From: Auanema rhodensis
Lineage: Eukaryota; Animalia; Nematoda
Length of the DNA stretch: 64,000 bases
Assembly: GCA_964057225.1 (NCBI GenBank)
Contig: OZ059896.1
Span: forward strand, 5,146,001 to 5,210,000
Direction of reading: 5' to 3'
A program made the position numbers and the translations under genes. The notes beneath the pieces are model-generated. The model was given only the letters and a program-made list of their open reading frames with translations. It searched no databases and was not told the DNA's origin. Every line of letters starts with the position of its first letter. Position 1 is the stretch's first letter. Below, one piece after another: positions 59,825 through 64,000 of this stretch.

Positions 59825-59930
59825 ACCTCATTTTTACTTTTACCAGGTGCGGTGGAACTTAGAAAAAAAGTCGAGCCCGTTCTGGTAATCAGAGGTAACT
59901 ATCACCAGATTCGTATGGCTAATGCCTATA
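59825..59930 (-). promoter_or_regulatory. Conserved structured RNA element in the LINE 3' UTR (copy 1)
   Basis: Shares the 16-nt CAGGTGCGGTGGAACT and 11-nt AGCCCGTTCTG blocks (+ strand) with 61831-61933, with compensatory changes in the stems. Function unknown. Confidence 0.72.
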
Positions 59931-60102
59931 GAGTCCATGGTGAAGTAACATTGTAGCAAAGGGAACAAGGATGTGGTTGAAAACAGTAAATGATACATGA
60001 AGAACATAGTTTGCATAGATATTTGTAGAAGACATATTGAAATGATAATTAGAGAACAAGATACCATAAGCAGACAAAAAACATTAATACTGAATGTGCA
60101 AG

Positions 60103-60645
60103 CTAATCGCTAAGGAAAAGTTGAAGATGTTTGCGAAATTTGGGAGCTTTTTCAAGACTCACAATGTTTGATGGTATTGAATTCCAGAGTTCTATGGCTC
60201 TGTACTCGATACCTCTTCTAGTTTGAGTCTTCTGGACATTTGGAAAATCCACAGTCCATTCGTGCCGCCTTAGTGAGTGTGTGAATTTTTTGAGCTTAAA
60301 AATTTTCAAAGTATTCTCTGAAATTGATTGTTTTATTTGGTTAAAATAAAAAATTAAATCGAAAACTAGTCTTCTGAAAAATAACTTTTGCCCCCCTAAC
60401 AAAGACAGTTGATCTTCATAGCTCATTTTAGATCCTGAGCGCATGAAAACTGCGCGCAGAAACTTTTTTTGAACATATTCAATCCGGTCTTTGTCTTTGG
60501 AATCTTGTGGGGACCAGATAATAGAAGCATATTCCAATATTGGTCTTATGTAAGTACAGAATAAGTTGTACATAAGAGAAGGGGATTTAGAGTAGAAACA
60601 ACGTAAAATTATTTTACATTTTTTTGCTTTTAAATTTTTTTTTAT
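60103..60645 (-). pseudogene. Truncated LINE ORF2 remnant (post-RT C-terminal region only)
   Basis: ORF track 60103..60573. The frame stays open upstream to the junction (KAKKCKIILRCFYSKSPSLM) and aligns to ASKRCKLILRCFNSSCPKLL in the second element. No YADD motif or native start, as expected from 5' truncation. Confidence 0.88.
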
Positions 60646-60647
60646 TT

Positions 60648-60654
60648 TAAATTA
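60648..60654. repeat. Target-site duplication TAAATTA, right copy
   Basis: Reads TTT|TAAATTA-AAGTTCACG, resuming the interrupted monomer. Confidence 0.85.
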
Positions 60655-61612
60655 AAGTTCACGTAAATTTCAAAGTCATGGTTACCATGCACCAATATCA
60701 ATAAAAATTGGTTTTTAGACTAATATGGACATGGGGAATCTAATTTTGAAAACCGCATCTCTTTATCTTTCACGTGAAGCGAGTTACATACCAAGTGCAC
60801 ATCACGTGTACATTTAATTAGCATAAATTAAAGTTCACGTAAATTTCAAAGTCATGGTTACCATGCACCAATATCAATAAAAATTTGTTTTTAGACTAAT
60901 TTGGACATGGGGAATCTAATTTTGAAAACCGCATCTCTTTATCTTTCAAGTGAAGCGAGTTACATACCAAGTGCACATCACGTGTACATTTAATTAGCAT
61001 AAATTAAAGTTCACGTAAATTTCAAAGTCATGGTTACCATGCACCAATATCAATAAAAATTTGTTTTTAGACTAATTTGGACATGGGGAATCTAATTTTG
61101 AAAACCGCATCTCTTTATCTTTCACGTGAAGCGAGTTACATACCAAGTGCACATCACGTGTACATTTAATTAGCATAAATTAAAGTTCACGTAAATTTCA
61201 AAGTCATGGTTACCATGCACCAATATCAATAAAAATTTGTTTTTAGACTAATTTGGACATGGGGAATCTAATTTTGAAAACCGCATCTCTTTATCTTTCA
61301 AGTGAAGCGAGTTACATACCAAGTGCACATCACGTGTACATTTAATTAGCATAAATTAAAGTTCACGTAAATTTCAAAGTCATGGTTACCATGCACCAAT
61401 ATCAATAAAAATTTGTTTTTAGACTAATATGGACACGGGGAATCTAATTTTGAAAATCGCATCTCTTTATCTTTCACGTGAAGCGAGTTACATACCAAGT
61501 GCACATCACGTGTACATTTAATTAGCATAAATTAAAGTTCACGTAAATTTCAAAGTCATGGTTACCATGAACCAAAATCAATAAAAATTTGTTTTTAGAC
61601 TAATATGGACAT
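60648..61612. repeat. 176-bp satellite, ~5.5 monomers between the two LINEs
   Basis: Same monomer and orientation as the main array; ends at ...TAATATGGACAT. Confidence 0.98.
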
Positions 61613-61629
61613 TGTTTGTTTGTTTGTTT
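61613..61629 (-). repeat. (AAAC)4 3' tail of LINE family 2
   Basis: + strand TGTTTGTTTGTTTGTTT directly at the satellite junction. Short tandem tails are typical of CR1/L2 elements. Confidence 0.88.
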
Positions 61630-61658
61630 ATTGATCTCACCACAGGTTATGACATAAA
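61627..61658 (-). promoter_or_regulatory. LINE 3'-terminal stem-loop (loop AACCUGUG) overlapping AATAAA (copy 2)
   Basis: Sense UUUAUG-UCAU-AACCUGUG-GUGA-GAUCAAUAAA. Confidence 0.7.
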
Positions 61659-61762
61659 TGAATCAACAACATGTGAAATGCTTAATGTAACCTTACAGTG
61701 GATAATTAAAAAAAAGAAAAGACTGAGAAATGAAAAGGGCAGTGGAAGTGACCATACCAGCT

Positions 61763-61792
61763 ATACACACACATATATGTATATATATATAT
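61763..61792. repeat. Imperfect (CA)n/(TA)n microsatellite in the LINE 3' UTR
   Basis: ATACACACACATATATGTATATATATATAT. Confidence 0.75.
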
Positions 61793-61830
61793 TCATCTAT
61801 ATACGCTTCTCTTAGATCTTATCATAGCGA

Positions 61831-61933
61831 ACTACTCTGATTGTGGGCAGGTGCGGTGGAACTCAAAAGAGAGTCAAGCCCGTTCTGAGCACAGTGTAGT
61901 AACTGCATTTCATTCGTACGACTAATGTCTGTA
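61831..61933 (-). promoter_or_regulatory. Conserved structured RNA element in the LINE 3' UTR (copy 2)
   Basis: Homologous to 59825-59930 with covarying stems. G-U pairs form only on the - (sense) strand. Confidence 0.72.
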
Positions 61934-62087
61934 AAATAAAAATGCAGGAAAATGTATGTGAACCAATAGGTCATTAACAAGAAATTGACAAAATATGATG
62001 AACAAATTATATAAATAATCAATGAGCTTATGGAAAAAAAGAAAGAAAAACAAGCTAATTTTTCTACAAAGACAAAATAAGAAAAAA

Positions 62088-64000
62088 CTAAACAGGGAAC
62101 ATAAATGTGTTCAAGGCTTTCCGAAAAACAGACAAATCATTGATACCAATTAGAATAGGATTGAGTGAATTCCAGATTTTGATTTGCCGGTTCTCAAAGC
62201 TTGAAAGGGCAGCTACAGTTTTGTAATCCGGCGGCATCAGTATAAACTCATGTTGACGAAGAATATAGTTATGCTCTTTCGATCTAAGCACGGACTCATT
62301 AAGAATAGAGCCATTCTTTATGATTTTGAAATATTGACATAAGTCAGCTATAGTGCGTCTCGTTTCTAAACGCCTGCCTTGAAGGTGTTTGAGTTTATTA
62401 TCATATCCGTGGATATCCATGGACGATCGAAAAAAAATAGCATTAACATACCGTTTCTGAACATTTTCAACAAGTTGAATATCTTTTAGCAAAAACGGTG
62501 ACCAGACTTCGGAAGCATATTCAAGAATAGGCCTAACGTAACAGGTGAACAATCTGAATAAGAGTTTGGGACAGGAAGAATTAAAACATCTAAGAATAAG
62601 CTTACAGCGTTTTGACGCCATGGAAGTGATGGAGTGAATATGGGGGCGGAAAGATAAGTTTTTATCTATGATAACACCGAGGTCTTTGAAATTATCAACA
62701 ATTTCAAGAGGAACATCATTGAGTAAAAACTGGCAATGAGAGTTATCATTACCGAGAATCATAATCTTCGATTTCTTGACATTAACTACCATGTCATTGA
62801 AATTGCACCAGAGAGAAAGAATGTGGAGAGAGCATTGTAAACTTTGATTTGATGAGGCAAAAAGTTTAATGTCATCAGCATAGGCAACAGCCTCAGTGCC
62901 ACGATGAAAAGAGGAAATGAGATCGTTGATATATAGCAAAAAAAGTAGTGGTCCAAGAACTGTACCTTGAGGGACACCACACTCAATAACTTTGGGTTCA
63001 GACAAGGCATCTTCAAGAACAACTTCAAAAGAACGGTTGGAAAGAAAGTCTTCAAGAAAAAGAGCAAGAGATCCTGATATTCCAAAACTGTTTAATTTGC
63101 TGATCAGAATTCGATGATTAATTTTATCAAAAGCTTTGGAAAAATCAATAAAAGCTACAGAAACATCCTTACGATATTCTTTGGCGATTCTCCACTGCGA
63201 GTGAGCTTTGAGAAGCGCAGTGCTAGTGCTACGCCCAGGTAAAAATCCATGTTGAGATGGTGAAATTAGCTTATTATCAAGTAAATGCTTGAGAATGTCT
63301 TTTCTGATAATGCGCTCAAACACTTTGGAGAGACAAGATGTGAGAGAAATGGGTCTATAGTTCTTAGGGTCATTTGAACATCCTGATTTGTAAATAGGTT
63401 TGACCCATGCAGACTTCCAGCTTTTAGGACAGACCCCAAAGGATAAAAAACCATTAAAAAAGAATGTCAAAGGACGTACTATAGAAATCGCACACTTATT
63501 AAGAAAAATATAAGGTATGCCATCAGGAGATAAGCAAGTTCGAGAAGGTAAAGATCTTAAAAGTTTGAAAACGCAGAGTTCATCAATGAAATGCGGGCGA
63601 AATTGGAGCGGAGAAAATTTAGGAGTTTCACTGTGATGCCATATTCCAGAAGAAGAAAGAAAAGAGGTCTGAGAAAAGTGATCCGAAAAAATTTTTGCTT
63701 TGGTGGAGGAGTCCGAAGCTTGAGAGTCACCATTTTTTAAAAAAGATGCTTCAATAGTACCCCCTAAACGTTTACGACAAAATTTGTAAAATTCTTTTTG
63801 GTTACCGGAAAGAGATATTTTATTTTCATCCAGTGCGCGCTGACGTCTGAGTAAAGCATTCAAACGACGAGAAAGAGTACGACATTTAGACGACGATGAA
63901 AGGCCGAAACATTTAGACAACCTGGTGAGATTATCATGTAGAATAGATATTGAACGAGCAAGGCGAACTTTTTTTCCACCAGGTCTGATGATGGGAACAT
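62088..64000 (-). CDS. LINE ORF2 reverse transcriptase (partial, 5' end outside the window)
   Basis: Non-LTR RT motifs SPDG, YRPISLTS, QHGF..GRST, FIDFSKAFD, GVPQGTVLGPLLF, YADD (62871-62882), DLGV and YVRPILEYASEVWSP. The track start at 63920 is an internal TTG; the frame is open to the edge (VPIIRPGGKKVRLARSISILHDNLTR). Confidence 0.95.
   Translation of the reverse strand, partial: VPIIRPGGKKVRLARSISILHDNLTRLSKCFGLSSSSKCRTLSRRLNALLRRQRALDENKISLSGNQKEFYKFCRKRLGGTIEASFLKNGDSQASDSSTKAKIFSDHFSQTSFLSSSGIWHHSETPKFSPLQFRPHFIDELCVFKLLRSLPSRTCLSPDGIPYIFLNKCAISIVRPLTFFFNGFLSFGVCPKSWKSAWVKPIYKSGCSNDPKNYRPISLTSCLSKVFERIIRKDILKHLLDNKLISPSQHGFLPGRSTSTALLKAHSQWRIAKEYRKDVSVAFIDFSKAFDKINHRILISKLNSFGISGSLALFLEDFLSNRSFEVVLEDALSEPKVIECGVPQGTVLGPLLFLLYINDLISSFHRGTEAVAYADDIKLFASSNQSLQCSLHILSLWCNFNDMVVNVKKSKIMILGNDNSHCQFLLNDVPLEIVDNFKDLGVIIDKNLSFRPHIHSITSMASKRCKLILRCFNSSCPKLLFRLFTCYVRPILEYASEVWSPFLLKDIQLVENVQKRYVNAIFFRSSMDIHGYDNKLKHLQGRRLETRRTIADLCQYFKIIKNGSILNESVLRSKEHNYILRQHEFILMPPDYKTVAALSSFENRQIKIWNSLNPILIGINDLSVFRKALNTFMFPV

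Larger units (their letters stand above)
59562..60647 (-). mobile_element. 5'-truncated CR1-type non-LTR retrotransposon (LINE), family 1, inserted in a satellite monomer
   Basis: Encodes the C-terminal part of a LINE ORF2 (YIRPILEYASIIWSP...VQKK...WNSIP), then a 541-nt 3' UTR ending AATAAACCTTGAC. Flanked by direct repeat TAAATTA (59555-59561, 60648-60654), and the satellite resumes in register. Confidence 0.93.
61613..64000 (-). mobile_element. CR1-type non-LTR retrotransposon, family 2; 3' 2.4 kb visible, 5' part beyond the window
   Basis: RT ORF, a 475-nt 3' UTR, and AATAAA followed by an (AAAC)n tail abutting the satellite. The junction is ambiguous by 1 nt. Clade assignment comes from motif recognition (RPILEYA..WSP, short-repeat tail), not a phylogeny. 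Confidence 0.95.

Noticed and set aside
59881-59930. Hammerhead or HDV-like ribozyme call for the UTR element
   Set aside because: CUGAUUA and CGAAU resemble a hammerhead core, but CUGAUGA/GAAA is absent and not conserved in copy 2. The + strand GGCTAATG resembles HDV J4/2 but is a covarying hairpin with no P3/L3. Twister- or pistol-like words (AAGCCC, GGUGC) are on the strand disfavoured by G-U pairing.
59720-60067. 78-aa (+) and 75-aa (-) ORFs in the element 1 3' UTR
   Set aside because: No recognisable domain. The resemblance to ORF 61822..62022 (QNGLD) only reflects the conserved RNA block; indels shift the frame and the changes follow base pairing, not codons.
61865-61885. tRNA T-arm or SINE origin for GGGCUUGACUC
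   Set aside because: No GUUCGA B box, A box or cloverleaf; these bases are better explained by the covarying ACUY/RAGU stem.
61612-62022. 67-aa and 66-aa ORFs in the element 2 3' UTR
   Set aside because: Low-complexity translations of the tail, microsatellite and AT-rich UTR.
62786-63454. 99-aa and 62-aa alternative-frame ORFs
   Set aside because: Out-of-frame shadows inside the RT ORF.

Overview
Eukaryotic (probably animal) heterochromatic or centromere-like window. About 95% is one head-to-tail AT-rich 176-bp satellite: about 338 monomers at 1-59561 plus about 5.5 at 60648-61612. The array has sequence-variant domains, higher-order block duplications and only one net indel. Near the right end it is interrupted by two different CR1-type non-LTR retrotransposons, both on the - strand. 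The first is a 5'-truncated 1086-bp copy (59562-60647) with a 7-bp target-site duplication. The second has an uninterrupted reverse-transcriptase ORF running off the window (61613->64000). The most interesting signal is in their 3' UTRs, which are otherwise unalignable by eye. They share a ~105-nt block that folds on the sense strand into three stems plus a long-range pseudoknot, supported by compensatory base changes, and a separate 3'-terminal hairpin with an invariant AACCUGUG loop. I do not recognise this RNA as a known family, but I could not run a search. No host genes, rRNA/tRNA or CRISPR were seen, and the organism cannot be assigned from the sequence.
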